Positions 1 to 13,627 of a stretch of 64,000 bases of DNA are shown piece by piece. Every line of letters starts with the position of its first letter. The first letter of the stretch is position 1. The notes beneath the pieces were generated by a model. The model saw nothing but the letters and a program-made list of their open reading frames with translations. It was not told where the DNA came from and ran no database searches. The stretch is taken from the NCBI RefSeq assembly GCF_004010195.1, contig NC_057719.1, positions 74,867,358 through 74,931,357 of the forward strand, in the 5' to 3' direction. Both the position numbers and the translations under genes were made by a program. This DNA comes from Chiloscyllium plagiosum. Taxonomy: Eukaryota.

Positions 1-1323
1 TTGATTTACAGTAACCAATAAATTGAAAGCTGCTTTTACAATTTGGGGACCTTGAAGACACATTAGATTAGATTACTTACATAGTTATTTTGGGGACCAG
101 ATCTATCCAGATTTCTTCTAAATACAGAAACTTGAGGTTGTATTCATAGTCCTCACTGCAAAGCTTTTATATATTTAATTAGTTCTTGAGAGAATCCATG
201 AGAGTGCACACTCTGGGACTACCTTCTCCACATTACCCTAGATAACATATCAGGTGGACATCCTAAGGTAAGTGGATTCTAGAAAGTGAATGTCCATCCA
301 TATTATAGCTTTACTATGAGGAACTTGCTGGTTTGATCAGAGTTTCAGCAGATGAACCTCCTGCTCTGTGCCAACGGAAGTCATCTTCAAGATTGTGGGA
401 GAGATTCCCAATCAAAGATTGCTGAAAGGTCAATTGTGCCAACGCTGGGTCAGTTTGACATTTGCAGTCAAACACAGAAACCTTAGGCAGCAGAGAAAGA
501 GATGGGGAGGGTGGCGGAAGGATACAGACAGAGAACCATTTTGCTGCAAAAAGTTAAAGAAACAACAGAAAATGAGGAACGAAGATCAGAAAATAAAAGG
601 AAAATGATCATCCAGGCTGGAGGGTAAAAGATAAAAGAGAAAATAATATGGAAGGAGGCAGCATAAGGAAGATTTCTTTAAAGGCAATTGCAAAAGAAAC
701 AAACAGGGAAAATGCAAGGAAATGAGGAATTCTACCTTTGCTGTTCAGCTGAATGGATTCTCCATCTATTAAACAGACCATCTGGGCCTGAGAGAAGCTG
801 AGCTGTTTTACATTAGATATGGTCCTCTTTGTACAAACTGAAGGTAGAAACTAAGTGAAGTCAGCGGAACCTTTGAAACAGGTGGGTTGAAATTGCTCTG
901 TGCACCGTTAATAACAAGCATGTTAACACATTCATGTACATTCCTTTGCCCACAGTTTTAACTTCATGCATCTGCAGGATGGGGGATATTTGTATAAGCT
1001 CAGGACTACATTGACACGCATATGGGTACATTTCAATTTCAGCTCCGAGGTATTACTTGTACAGTTAATATTTCCTTGTCTTCATAGGCCTAACAACCCA
1101 ATTCTTTAATTTGGCTTTTGATTCCCTTCGCCTAAATGCCTCTATTTTCTTGCCTTGTTTGTAACTATAAAGAATGTGAACATACAAATTAGGCACAGGA
1201 TGAGGCTACTTCAAACCTGCTTTGCCATTCAATAAGATTAAGGCTGATCTCATGACTCCATATTTCCATATACCCCTGATACATATTTACCTTCTTTCTC
1301 ATCAAGAATCTATCTACCACTGA

Positions 1324-1636
1324 TTAGATTTTTTTAGATTAAATTCCCTACAGTGTGGAAACAGGCCCTTCGGCCCAACCAGTCCACACCAACCCTCCGA
1401 AGAGCAGACCCATTTCCCTCCGACTAATGCACCTAAAACTACGGGCAATTTAGCGTTGCCAATTCACCAGACCTGCACATGACTGTGGGAGGATACCCGA
1501 AGCATCCGGAGGAAACCTACACAGACACGGGGGGGAATGTGCAAACTCCACACAGACAGTCACCCCAGGCTGGAATTAAATCTGAGACCTGGGTACTGTG
1601 AGGCAGCATGCTAACCACTGAGCCACAGTGCCGCCC
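1324..1636 (-). mobile_element. HE1-type tRNA-derived SINE
   Basis: Reverse complement of the copy at 2768-3085; attag tail at left, ..gccacagtgccgcc head at right. Confidence 0.88.
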
Positions 1637-2767
1637 ACTTTAGACAACATTGAGTGGATAGCAAAGGATGGTGCCTCAAAAATATTTGACACCTCTGTTT
1701 CCACGTGCCCTTTGGAGATCTCAAGAGACCAAGCGATACTGACTGACTTGAGGGCAGAGTGTGCACATGTTAAAAGGAGACTCTCAGTATGTTTGCTATA
1801 GATCTTCCAACTGCTCGGGAGACCAGCTGCACCCGAGAGAAGAAAGAACTGTTTCACATTAGGCATGGTCCTTCCTCTTTGAAACAGAGGGTAGAACTAT
1901 GTGAAGTTGGTGCAATCTTTCAACCAGGTGTGCTGTATAGTATGACATGGTTTTAATAATGAAGGAAAATGAAAAAAGCTGCAAGAGAAAATAATCCCAG
2001 GGGAAGTGTAAGCCCGTCAGTTGTAAATGAAAGTATCTAATCACCGTTCAGCATTATGCAATAAAAGCTATGAGTTAGAGAAAGTGGACAAAAACTAGAA
2101 GGTACAGGAGGTGAAGCTGAATTCAGCCAACGTTTGGGAATTGTTTGCCTTTTCCGGTTGTCCATGAGATTACAGGAGGATTAATACTAACACAACTCTG
2201 CAGTCAAGAAGACAAGACAATGAGTCCTTCCTTCAAAGAGAGAGCAGGAGTTCCCAAAAGGGAATATTTCAGCTGTACATGAAAAGAAAAAGTCAGTTAA
2301 CTTGGCGTGGGAAAAGCAATAAAAGTGTCTAACTCTGGAAAATAATTTAAAATATCAAATAAACTGATGAATTGAGAAATTCAGAGTAGCAATCAATCTT
2401 TTCAATCTAAATTTTAGCCAGAGTTGCCACAAAGTTAATGAACTTTTATGGCAAAGAGAAAATTGCCTTTTTTTTGATGAATGCATGTAGATGTCACTGG
2501 TAGTAATGATTGCCCATGCCTAATTGCCCAGGATACAGTGTGGTGAGTTGCCCTCTTTATGTTTTGGAGTGTGGGAACACCCATAGTGATGTGAGGGAAG
2601 GAGTTCCAGGATTTTGACTTAGCGACAGTGAGGAAATGGTGATAAACTTCCAGATTTGGATGGTATGTTGATTGGAGGGGAACTTACGGTGTTGCGTTCC
2701 CTTGTGCTTCTAGCTGGTTCTGGTCGCAGGTTTGAAAGCCGTTGTTGGAGGAGCTTTGGTGAGTTAA

Positions 2768-3085
2768 TGGCGGCACGGTGGCACAGTGGTTAGCACTGCT
2801 GCCTCACAGCGCCAGAGACCCGGGTTCAATTCCCGCCTCAGACGACTGTCTGTGTGGAGTTTGCACATTCTCCCCGTGTCTGCGTGGGTTTCCTCCGGGT
2901 GCTCCGGTTTCCTCCCACAGTCCAAAGATGTGCAGGTCAGGTGAATTGGCCATGCTAAATTGCCCATAGTGTTAGGTAAGGGGTAAATGTAGGGTTATGG
3001 GTGGTTGCGCTTCGGCGGGGCGGTGTGGACTTGTTGGGCCGAAGGGCCTGTTTCCACACTGTAAAGTAATCTAATCTAATCTAAT
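2768..3085 (+). mobile_element. HE1-type SINE, near full length
   Basis: A box tggcacagtgg, B box gggttcaattcc, conserved core gtggagtttgcacattctccc, (ctaat)3 tail. Inserted in an older LINE 3' remnant (~2470-3380). Confidence 0.92.
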
Positions 3086-3814
3086 GCTGATTCACGCTGT
3101 GGCCACTGTGTATCTGTGGTGAAGGGAGTCAGTGTTGGAGGTAATGGATGTGGTACCAGTCAAGATGGCTGATTTTTGCTGGGTGGTGTTTAAACATCTT
3201 GAATGTTATTGGAGCTGCACATATCCAGGCAATTAGGAAATATTCCATCACGCTCCTGACTTAAGCTTTGTAGATGGTGAACTAGCTGTGGGGAGACAGA
3301 ATGTGAGTTACTCACTCCAACATTCCTAGGCCTGCTCTTATAGCCAGTGTACTTATATAGCTAGTCCCATTCAGTTTCTGAAAGAAAATTTGGAGCTGTA
3401 TATCAACAGCAAAAAGAAGAAAGAATGAAATGGGAAACAAGCTGTTCTTTTTGTATCAATTGGAGGTGTTGTGTTCCTTTACACTCTTTCTTCTGGGGAC
3501 TAATGCTCTTGCCTGCTCTGATCGATGGTACTCAAGATACCCAAGAATGGGAAAAGGACCATGATGCTTACTGTCCCTCAGCACACAATATTGGGCCTGG
3601 GCAGTGACATTGAGAGGCAGTAGCCACAGCATGGTCATGAATGCCTGCTCCAAGCACTCCTCACTTCTGGCCTTACCCGCTCTGCCAATTTTTATCCCTT
3701 GCCTTCTCCCCCCCATCTCCTCCAGAACTCTCGCCAGAAATGGCCAGAACTCTCCCCTCCTCTTGATCCCAATTCACTCTCGCCTCCAGAATCAGAGCAA
3801 GTCATTTTGATTTG

Positions 3815-4735
3815 GATGTGACTGCAGGAGGAATGGTTAGTAATTTTGCAGAAGACACCGAAATTGGTGTTGTGGACAGTGAAGACAGTTATCTCAGAGT
3901 ACAATGGCACCTTGATCAGATGGGCAGATGGACTGAAGAGTGGCAGATGGAGTTTAATTTGTATAAATGTGGGGTGTTGTATTTTGTTAAGACAAATTGG
4001 GGCAGGATTTATATATTTAATGGTAGTGTCTTGGTGAACAAAAAAACCTTAGGGTGCAGGTTCATAGTTTCTTGAACGTGGAGTTGCAGGCAGACAGGGG
4101 GGTGAAGAAAGCATTTGGTATGCTTGCCTTTATTGGTCAGGACATTGAGTATAGGAATTGGGAGGTCATGTTGCGGTTGTACAGGACATTATTAGGCCAT
4201 TTTGGGAACAGTGCATTCAATTCTGGTCACCCTGCTGTTGGAAAGATGTTGTGAAACTTGAAAGGGTTCATAAAGATTGACAAGGGTGTTGCCAGGGTTG
4301 GAGGGTTTGAACTATTGGGAGAGGCTGAATAAGCTGGGGATGTTTTCCGTGCAGTGTTGGAGGCTGAGGGGTGACCTTATAAAAGTTTATAACACCATGA
4401 GGGTCATGGATAGGGTGAATACCCAAGATGTTTTTCCCAGCATAGGGGAACTCAAAACTAGGGAGCATTGGTTTATGGTGAGAAGGGAATGATATATAAG
4501 GGACTTAAGGGGTAACATTTTCACTCAGAGGGTAGTGCATGTATGGAATGTGCTGCCAGAGGAAGTGGTGGAGGATGGTACATTACAACTTTAAAGGGCA
4601 TCTGGATGGGTATACAAATAGGAAGGGTTTAGAGGGATATGGGTCAAATGCTGGAAAATGGGACTAGATTAATTTTGGATATCTGGTTGGCATGGAAGCG
4701 TTGGACTGAAGGGGCTGTATATCTCTATGACTCTA
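3815..4735 (+). mobile_element. CR1/HER1 LINE 3' fragment
   Basis: RT C-terminal remnants (FAEDTEIG, WQMEFN..KC, RRLRGDLI-like) and the tail tctctatgactct shared with other copies. Confidence 0.9.
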
Positions 4736-7700
4736 AGTGGACTTCACAGGAATCATCTGAGCATGTGCGGATGCTGCCAGTCTGTCGTAACCACACACAG
4801 TGAAAAGGTAAGTGTGTTCTAACTGTAGGCAACACCTGTTAAACTGAGCAGTGATGAAGCTGAGGAATTCCAATACCGACCACACGCACACCAAAAGACG
4901 TTAAATGAAAACGGCGATGCAAAGTGTAAAATAAATCGCTAAAGAATAGATGACACGGAAGCAAAACCACTTTAACTGGGTGCAACATAAAGCAATGACT
5001 CATTGTACAATAATTCTCCTTCCAAGCTCTTGTGCAACTTCTTGTGGTAAATTTTGAGCCAGTCACTAAAACTAACCCCTGAGTTGCTGGGCAGTTTAAA
5101 ATGATGCATGCCTTCTTAGGCAGCTGTGCTTTTTTTAAAAAATCAGGAATTCCCTACACCTGCAATAGGCCATCCATTATAGGAATTCTATGGATTAACC
5201 TCTGTGACCTGTACATTTTTAGAAGGATCTGCCATCGGGTGGCATGTCTGAATTATGCGCTGGGTGTTAAATCCAAATTAAAGTTGTAAAATGTTGCCAT
5301 ACCAGCAAAGAGAAAAAAGCATTCTTCCAAATATATATTTTATGACTAACGCTCAGGGTTTCACTTAAAACAAATGATCTTGTCAGTGTACCTGAAGAAC
5401 TCTAATCAGAAGAGTACTGGAACTAGATAGATAACAGACGGGAACGCAGAATTAGATTTTTAAACAAATCCTTACCTGAATAAGTGAGTTTTAAAAACAG
5501 TGCGTAACAGTAGTGCCATTTTTTTCACAAAGTGCCTCATGGAGAATGAAGTACTTCTGAAGTATGATACGGTTGTAATGTCGGAAGTGTGGTAGCCCAT
5601 TTTATGCACAGTTCCCACAGCAATTAAGTTGCATAAGTTTAAGTGATGGTTGAGGGATAAATATTGGCCAGGATTTTTTTTAACAACTTTCCTGCTCTTC
5701 TACAAAATGACTTATGGGCTATCAACCACATAGAATTAACCAGGTTAATATCCTATCCGACTACAGTCATATCCAACAGCAGTCCACAATTCTGCATGGA
5801 ACTTTAGTGTATATATTTTAGGAATACAGCCACAGTAGGAGAGCTAGTTTTGGTTTTGTGTGGACACGCCAGCTCATTTTGATGTATGAGCTGCTGCTTA
5901 CGATGAAAGTCATACGTATGTCCTCTTTAAATGTAGAAAACTGCAGGTTTGGTCTGATGTAATAGAGGAAAACCATTTCCTGGTCAAAACAGAAGAGTCC
6001 CTTTAGTTAACAAGATGTATTGCATGTTAGCAACTGTTTCCAAGTTGCATTGAGATGATGCATAAAGAAGTTGTTATAGAGGCTTTGTGGAGGATGAGAT
6101 GTTATAGATCTCACTTTCTCGGGATCCTAAGCTGTTGTGCTTGTATGCTCATATGACATCATCATAGTGAGTGCTGCTTATGATATTCATCAGTCTCTGA
6201 GCAGAATTACCAGGGTCATTTTTAAAGGAATTTGCTCTATCATGTTATCATAGAATCACTGAGTTTGATGGCATGGAAGAGGCCTTCTTTGCATTGTGTC
6301 TGCACTGGTAATCAACACCTATCAACTTGAATCTCATTCCCAGCCCTTGGTCTGTAGTATTGTACACTATGGTATTTTAGGTCATCATCTAAATGCTTCT
6401 TAAATGATATAGCAGCTCCTGTTTCTAGCAGCCTTTCAGCAATGAGTTCCAGATACCCAACAAGCTCTGGATGAAAAATATTTTGCTTAAGCCCCCACTA
6501 AACCACTTGCCCCTTACCATAATTCTATGTCCCTTGGTTATAGATCCCTCCACTAAGGGGAACTGTTCCTCACTATGTACCGACCTATGCCTCCCATAAT
6601 TTTGGACACCTCTGTCAGGTTTATCCCTCAGCATTCGCTATTGTAAGGAAAACAACCCCAGCTGATCTAGTCTCTCTTCATAGCTGAAGCACTCCAGCCC
6701 AGGCAACATCCTGGTGAATATCTTCTATACTCCTTTCTAGAGCAATGACATCCTTCTTAAATGTAGCAACCGGAACAGTAAACCAGCTGTAGCCTAACTA
6801 AGGCTATACACAGCTCTAAGTTAACTTTCCTGCTCTTACATTCAATGCCTGGAACTTTAGTGTATATATTTTAGGAATACAGCCACAGTATTCCTAAAGC
6901 AACTACCCCCTATGCTTTTTTAAACATTTTAACCGACTGTCCTGTTGTCTTCAAAGATCTATGGAAATGCATATCAAGGTCCCTCTGATTTTCTGTATTA
7001 CAGCAGTCCTGTAATTTACTATGTACTCCCTTGCCTTGTTAGTCTTCCTAAAATGCATCACCTCACACTTTTCAGGATTAACTTTTATTACCACTGTTCT
7101 GACCAGCTGTTTGTATCATCCTGTAGTTTAAGGTTTTCCACCTCCATATTTACAGCACAACCAATTTTCATGTCATCTGCAATATTACTAATTAAATCGC
7201 CTATATTTATATCTAGATCATTAATGTACACAACAAACAGTAAAAGACCCAACACTGGACCTTGTGATATGTCGCTGGACACAGTTATGAAAAACAACCT
7301 TTGACTCTCACCTTCTCCTGACACTAAGCCAATTTTGGATCCAATTTGCCAAATTACCCAAGATTCCATGAACTCTTACCATCATGACCTGTTTGCCATG
7401 TGAGTCCTTGTCAAATCTTTACTGAAGCCCATGTAGCTTACATCACCTGCACTAACTTCATCCATCCACTGTGTTACCACCTTAAAACCTTCAATGAAAT
7501 TTGGTAAACGTGACCTCTCCCTGATAAATTCATGCTGACTATCTTTGATTCATCCTTGCCTCTCCAAGTGGAGATTAAATTTGTCCCTCAGAACTTTTTC
7601 CAAAAGCTTTCCTTCCACCAATGATAGACTTATTGGTCTATAGTTACCTTTAGCACCCTCTTGAACAATAGTACATTAGCTGTCCTCAGTCCACTTCTCC

Positions 7701-8304
7701 TGTGGCTGGAGAAGACTTGAAAATTAATATAAGGGCCTCAGCAATCTTCTCTTCTGCCTCTCACTGCCCAGCGTGGGATATATCTCATTTGGATCTAGGG
7801 ATTTTTCCAATTTTAAGCTCAATAAAAACGCTACTACCTATTCCCTCAGTTGTAATTTGTTTGAGTACATTACAATTCTCCTCTCTGATAGCTAAACTTA
7901 TATTATTCTTCTCTATAATGAATTCAGATGTAAAGCACTCGTATGTCTACTGGCTCCTCACACACTTTCCCACTTTGGTCCCTAATGAACCCACCTCATT
8001 CCTTGTTTATCCTCAAATACTATAAAATGCCTTTGGATTTTCCCTTTTTTTACAGTCCTGTAATGTTTCATGCTCCCACTTGGCTTTCCTTATTCCTATT
8101 TTCAGACAAATGCCTGTATTTTCTATATCCCTATGGGGAACTGGTGTTTGAGTCATTGGAATCTACCATATACTTCCTGCACATTCCTCAGCATACAGGG
8201 TTCTCTGGATTAGTTGGTCCCATCCTTTGCTTCTCTGGGAACATATTGGCCCTGCATTCTCATGATTTCCTTTCTGGAAGACTCCCATTGCTCTGACGTA
8301 GGTT

Positions 8305-9135
8305 TTCCTGAGGACTGTGAAGTGGCAGATGGAGTTAATTCAGATAAATGCGAGGTGCTGCATTTTGGGAAAGCAAATCTTAGCAGGACTTATACACTTA
8401 ATGGTAAGGTCCTAGGGAGTGTTTTGCTGAACAAAGAGACTTTGGAGTGCAGGTTCATAGCTCCTTGAAAGTAGAGTCACAGGTAGATAGGATAGTGAAG
8501 AAGGCATTTGGTATGCTTTCCTTTGTTGGTCAGAGTATTGAGTACAGGAGTTGGGAGGTCATGTTGCGGCTATACAGGATGCTGATTCGGCCACTTTTGG
8601 AATATTGTATGCAATTCTTATCTCCTTCCTATCGGAAAGATGTTTTGAAAGTTGAAAGAGTTCAGAAAAGATTTACAAAGATGTTGCCAGGGTTGGAGGA
8701 TTTGAGCTACAGGGAGACGTTGAATAGACGGGGGCTGTTTTCCCTGGAGTGTCGGAGGCTGAGGGGTGACCTTATAGAGGATTACAAAATCATGAGGGGC
8801 ATTGATAGGATAAATAGACAAAGTCTTTTCCCTGGGATGGGGTAGTCCAGAACTAGATGGCATAGGTTTAGAGTGAGAGGGGAAAGATATAAAAGAGACC
8901 TAAGGGGCAACTTTTTCACACAGAGGGTCGTGAGTGTATGGAATGAGCTGCCAGATGAAGTGGTGGAGACTGGTACAATTGCAACATTTAAAAGGCATTT
9001 GGATGGGTATATGAATAGGAAGGGTTTGGAGGGATATGGGCCGGGTGCTGGCAGGTGGGATTAGATTGGGTTGGGATATCTGGTCGGCATGGACCAAAGG
9101 GTCTGTTTCCATGCTGTACATCTCTATGACTCTAT
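8305..9135 (+). mobile_element. Young CR1/HER1 LINE 3' fragment
   Basis: KCEVLHFGK, LRLYRMLIRPLLEYC, RRLRGDLIE, FFTQRVVSVWNELP; ctctatgactcta tail. Confidence 0.93.
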
Positions 9136-9414
9136 AACTTTGGCCAGATCTGGATTTATCATATTAAAGGTTGGCCTGCTGAAGATTCAGAAACTTTACT
9201 TCCAGTCCATCTTTGTCCTTTGCCATGAAGACCAACCATAAATCTTACTGAGTTATGATCAAACTCTACCACTTGCCTGGTTTTGTTACTTAGATTTGGT
9301 CCAGCATTGCTCCCTCTCTGGTAGAATTCTTATATGAAAGCTTAGAAAGCTCTCCTGGAAACATTTCAAGAATTCTTCCCCCTCTATGCCTTTCACACTT
9401 TGTCCTAAATAATC

Positions 9415-9888
9415 ATCATAGAATCCCTACAGTGTGGAAACAGGCCATTTGGCTCAACAAGTCCTTACTGACCCTGCAAAGACTAACCCACCCAGACCTA
9501 TTTTCCTACTCTATTACTCGACATTTTCCCTGACTAATGCATCTAACCTACACATTCCTGAACACTATGGGCAATTTATGATTAGATTAGATTAGATTCC
9601 ATACAGTGTGGTAACAGGCCCTTCGGCCCAACGAGTCCACACTGACCCTTCGAAGAGTAACCCACCCAGACCCATTTCCCTCTGACTAATGCACCTAACA
9701 CTATGGGCAATTTAGCATGGCCAATCCACCTGACATGCACGTCTTTGGAGTGTGGGAGGAAACCAGAGCATCCAGAGGAAACCCATGCAGACACTGGGAG
9801 AATATGCCCAAGACAGTTACCCAAGGCTGGAATCGAACCCTGGACCCGTAAGGCAGCAGTGCTAACCATTGAGCCACAATGCCGCCCC
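9415..9888 (-). mobile_element. Two tandem HE1-type SINEs (partial copy 9415-9578, then near-full copy 9580-9888)
   Basis: Two consecutive tail segments (tagaatccctacagtgtggaaacaggcc; attagattag..acaggcccttcggccc) and a tRNA head at ~9888. Confidence 0.85.
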
Positions 9889-10850
9889 TGGGAAATTTGA
9901 AATCCTCTACTTTTGTTTTTATACATCTTTGAAATTTGCTGTCATAACTGCCCTTCTAATTCTCCCTGACTGTTAAGCAATCTATATTACATTCCCAGCA
10001 AAGTGAGTGCCATTTTTCTTTCAAGCTCTACCTATATGACCTCAATTGATGAACCATCTAGGATATTATCCAAACATATTGCAGTAATCGACTCCTTGAT
10101 CAACACTGTGATACCACCTCCTCTGTGACACTCCTCCTGTCTTCTCTGAAGATTCTACAGTTTGAATATTGAACTGCCAGTCCTACCTGTTCCAGTCCTG
10201 CCTCTGTGGTAGCAACTATTACATATGCCATGTGTTAATCAGCACCCTCAACTAGTTGTTCTGAGGAAGGGTCACCGGACCCGAAACGTTAACTTTGATT
10301 TCTCTTCATAGATGCTATCAGACCTTCTGAGCTTTCTCAGCCACCCCTGTTTTTGTAATTGCCTTACATGCAAGGCTCCTTACATTAAAATAAATTAAAA
10401 TTGATAAGAACCGAAAGCATTTCAAAATAAACATGGCTAACACAGTGACATCAGAATTTCCAGGCTTGTCAGAGGTTATGGATGATTGGGGAATTTTGTT
10501 TCTTATAATTTAAATTGTTTTACCAAAAGAGTTTATTGTAACGTAATCAAAAAGCATTTGCTATTAAGTAATGGTATTGCTTAAATGCCACCAGGATATC
10601 GAGTGGAAAAGAATATGTTGGGAAAGCACAGCAGGTCAGGCAGCATCTGAGGAGCAGGACAGTCGACGTTTTGAGCATAAGCCCTTCATCAAGAATATGG
10701 AGGGGGAAGGAGGCTGAGAGATAAATTGGAGGGTGGGGTGGCGGGAGGTATCTGGGAAGGCGATAGGTGGATGCAGGTGGGGGGTGATGGTGACAGGTGG
10801 GGAGGGTGGAGTGATAGGTGGGAAGGAGGATGGACAGGTGGGACAGGTCA

Positions 10851-12320
10851 TAGTGTCATAGAGATGTACAGCATGGAAACAGACCCTTCGGTCCAACCCG
10901 TCCACGCCGACTAGATATCTCAACCCAATCTAGTCCCACCTGCCAGCACTCAGCCCATATCCCTCCAAACCCTTCCTATTCATATACCCNNNNNNNNNNN
11001 NNNNNNNNNNNNNNNNNNNNNNNNNNNNNNNNNNNNNNNNNNNNNNNNNNNNNNNNNNNNNNNNNNNNNNNNNNNNNNNNNNNNNNNNNNNNNNNNNNNN
11101 NNNNNNNNNNNNNNNNNNNNNNNNNNNNNNNNNNNNNNNNNNNNNNNNNNNNNNNNNNNNNNNNNNNNNNNNNNNNNNNNNNNNNNNNNNNNNNNNNNNN
11201 NNNNNNNNNNNNNNNNNNNNNNNNNNNNNNNTCAAATCCACCAACCCTGGCAACATCCTTGTAAATCTTTTCTGAACCCTTTCAAGTTTCACAACATCTT
11301 TCCAATAGGAAGAAGAGCAGAATTGCATGCAATATTCCAACACCGGCCAAACCAATGTCCTGTACAGCCGCAATGTGACCTCCCAACTCCTGTACTCAAT
11401 ACCCTGACCAATAAAAGAATGCATACCAAATGCTGCCTTCATTATCCTATATACCTGCTATTCCACTTTCAAGGAGTTGTGAACCTGCACTCCATGGTCT
11501 CTTTGTTCAGCAACACTCCCTAGGAACTTACCATTACGTGTATGCATCCTGCTAAGATTTGCTTTCCCAAAATGCAGCACCTCACATTTATCTGAATTAA
11601 ACTCCATCTGTCACTTCTCAGCCCATTGCCCCATCTGATCAAGATCCTGTTGTAATCTGAGGTAACCCTCTTCGCTGTCCACAACACCTCCAATTTTGGT
11701 GTCATCTCCAAGCTTACTAACTGTACCTCTTATGCTCGCATCCAAATCATTTATATAAATGACAAAAAGTAGAGGACCCAGCACCGATTCTTGTGGCACT
11801 CCACTGGTCACAGGCCTCCAGTCTGAAAAACAACCCTCCACCACCATCCTCTGTCTTCTACCTTTGAGCCAGTTCTGTATCCAAATGGCTATTTCTCCCT
11901 GTATTCCATGAGATCTAACCTTGCTAATCAGTCTTCGATGGGGAACCCTGTCAAACGCCTTACTGAAGTCCATATAGATCACATCTACCACTCTGCCCTC
12001 ATCAATCCTCTTTGTTGTTTCTTCAAAAAACTCAATCAAGTTTGTGAGACATGATTTCCCACGCACAAAGCCATGTTGACTATCCCTAATCAATCCTTGC
12101 CTTTCCAAATACATGTACATCCTGACCCTCAGGATCCCCTCCAACAACCTGCCCACCACCGACATCAGGCTCTAGTTCCCTGCCTTGTCCTTACCACCCT
12201 TCTTAAACACTGGTACCACGTTAGCCAACCTGCAGTCTTCCGGCACCTCACCTGTGACTATTGATGATACAAATATCTCAGCAAGAGGCCCAGCAATCAC
12301 TTCTCTAGCTTCCCACAGAG
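10851..12320 (-). mobile_element. Young CR1/HER1 LINE, RT domain and 3' end (contains an assembly gap)
   Basis: ORF 11611-12165: QHGFVRGKSCLTNL, DVIYMDFSKAFD, GVPQESVLGPLLF, YINDLD, DDTKIGG. Confidence 0.95.
10990..11231. other. Assembly gap (N run)
   Basis: N bases. Confidence 1.
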
Positions 12321-13627
12321 GTCTCGGGTCAAGAAGGCGATGCCAAGTTGGAGGGTTGGATCTGGGATAAGTTGGAAGGAGGGGAGGGATTTGGAAACCT
12401 GTGAAGACTTCAGCACCTGCAGTCCTCACTTTCTCTCCCTGCCATCAGGATATGCCATTCATTGTCTTGCCTTAAGTGCATTATGACATCAGTGTGACAT
12501 CAATGCAGTTGATTTGTATTGCTTCAGCTCTGCATTAGAACTTTCCGAAAGAATTTAGGGCACAAATAAAAAAAAAATTAACATTTATTTAATATAAAGC
12601 AGCCTAGATTTTTTGGAAAGATCAGTATCATGACTGTAGTGCATACCACTTGGAGTTGGCCACAATGATCTCACCTCGTCCAGAGCTTCCTATCCCTTGT
12701 TCATGGATTCTTTTGCTGCTCGAGATTACCTCAACCTAGTGTTTTATTTGCTCTGGTGAAGCAGAGTGGGAAACATAGTAAGTTGTGCTTTTTGCTCAGT
12801 GGATTGTGCTACAAGATGCAGCGTTAAGCTGCATATTAAAATTCTTAAAAAACTAATCCCACTGCCTTTGCCTCATTCCCTTTATGATCAGAAACCTTTT
12901 AAACCCGAAAGGCAGATAAAAGGCTAAGGCATAAAACACAACTGAAATAAGAACAAGTGCATGCCAGATAAATTAAGTATTAGTGATCAGGTGGCGTCAA
13001 AATCTTATTGAGCAGAAAGGGAAAAAGCAGCTGAAAAAAGGGTTAAAGACAAGAAAGAATGGCAGTAATATTGCACCTCCGACAATCAGATGTCTCAGCG
13101 TGTTTTACAGCCTGAAGTACTTTCTGAAGTGCAGTCATTGTTCTGGGGAAAGAATGAATGATACCCTGAATCTTTAGCTTTGCAGAGTAGGGATGCAAAC
13201 TGGAAGAAACATATGGAATGGACCAGATTTATTCAAAACTTGGATGCAATCAGTAAAGATGTCAATATCAAGATAATGAGGGTATTAGGATATGTATTTA
13301 CTTGTTAATTAAGTGTCACATTACTCTGCTCATATGAGGCTCCTGTGAAATTATTTGGAATGTTTTTCCCACATTAACGGTTATTATGTGTTAATACAAA
13401 ATGTTGTTTTTCCTTACTACATGTTCATCTCCCCTACTACTTTTATGCTATCCTTCTCATTAAGCAGCCTCACACAATGTTTTTTTTAGGTTATATATAG
13501 TGTCCCATCAGCCAACAATGTGGGAAAAGTTTATTGGTATGCAAGTTTTATACAATTTTAGATCACTATTACCCTATGTTTACAATTCCATCTGCTATTT
13601 CCAAATTGAATTTGTTTGTCTGTTTTT

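Larger units (their letters stand above)
6250..10250 (-). mobile_element. Old, long CR1 LINE carrying nested younger insertions
   Basis: Minus-strand RT remnants SQGPVLGLLLFVVYINDLD and ADDMKIG (7088-7369); 3' end near 6250. Continues in pieces past the insertions at 8305-9135 and 9415-9890. Confidence 0.7.
10610..12450 (-). mobile_element. Penelope-type terminal segment split by a CR1 insertion
   Basis: gcacagcaggtcaggcagcatc..gacgtttt..cccttcatc and purine-rich sequence to ~10850, resuming at ~12325 (ggtcaagaaggcg). Short inverted terminus at ~12410-12437. Confidence 0.65.

Noticed and set aside
1..1150. Exon of a neighbouring gene (ORF 368-607, donor-like AAG|GTAAGT near 268)
   Set aside because: No recognisable protein on either strand and no matched acceptor.
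2768..2840. tRNA gene
   Set aside because: The A/B boxes belong to a multi-copy HE1 SINE head followed by SINE core and tail.
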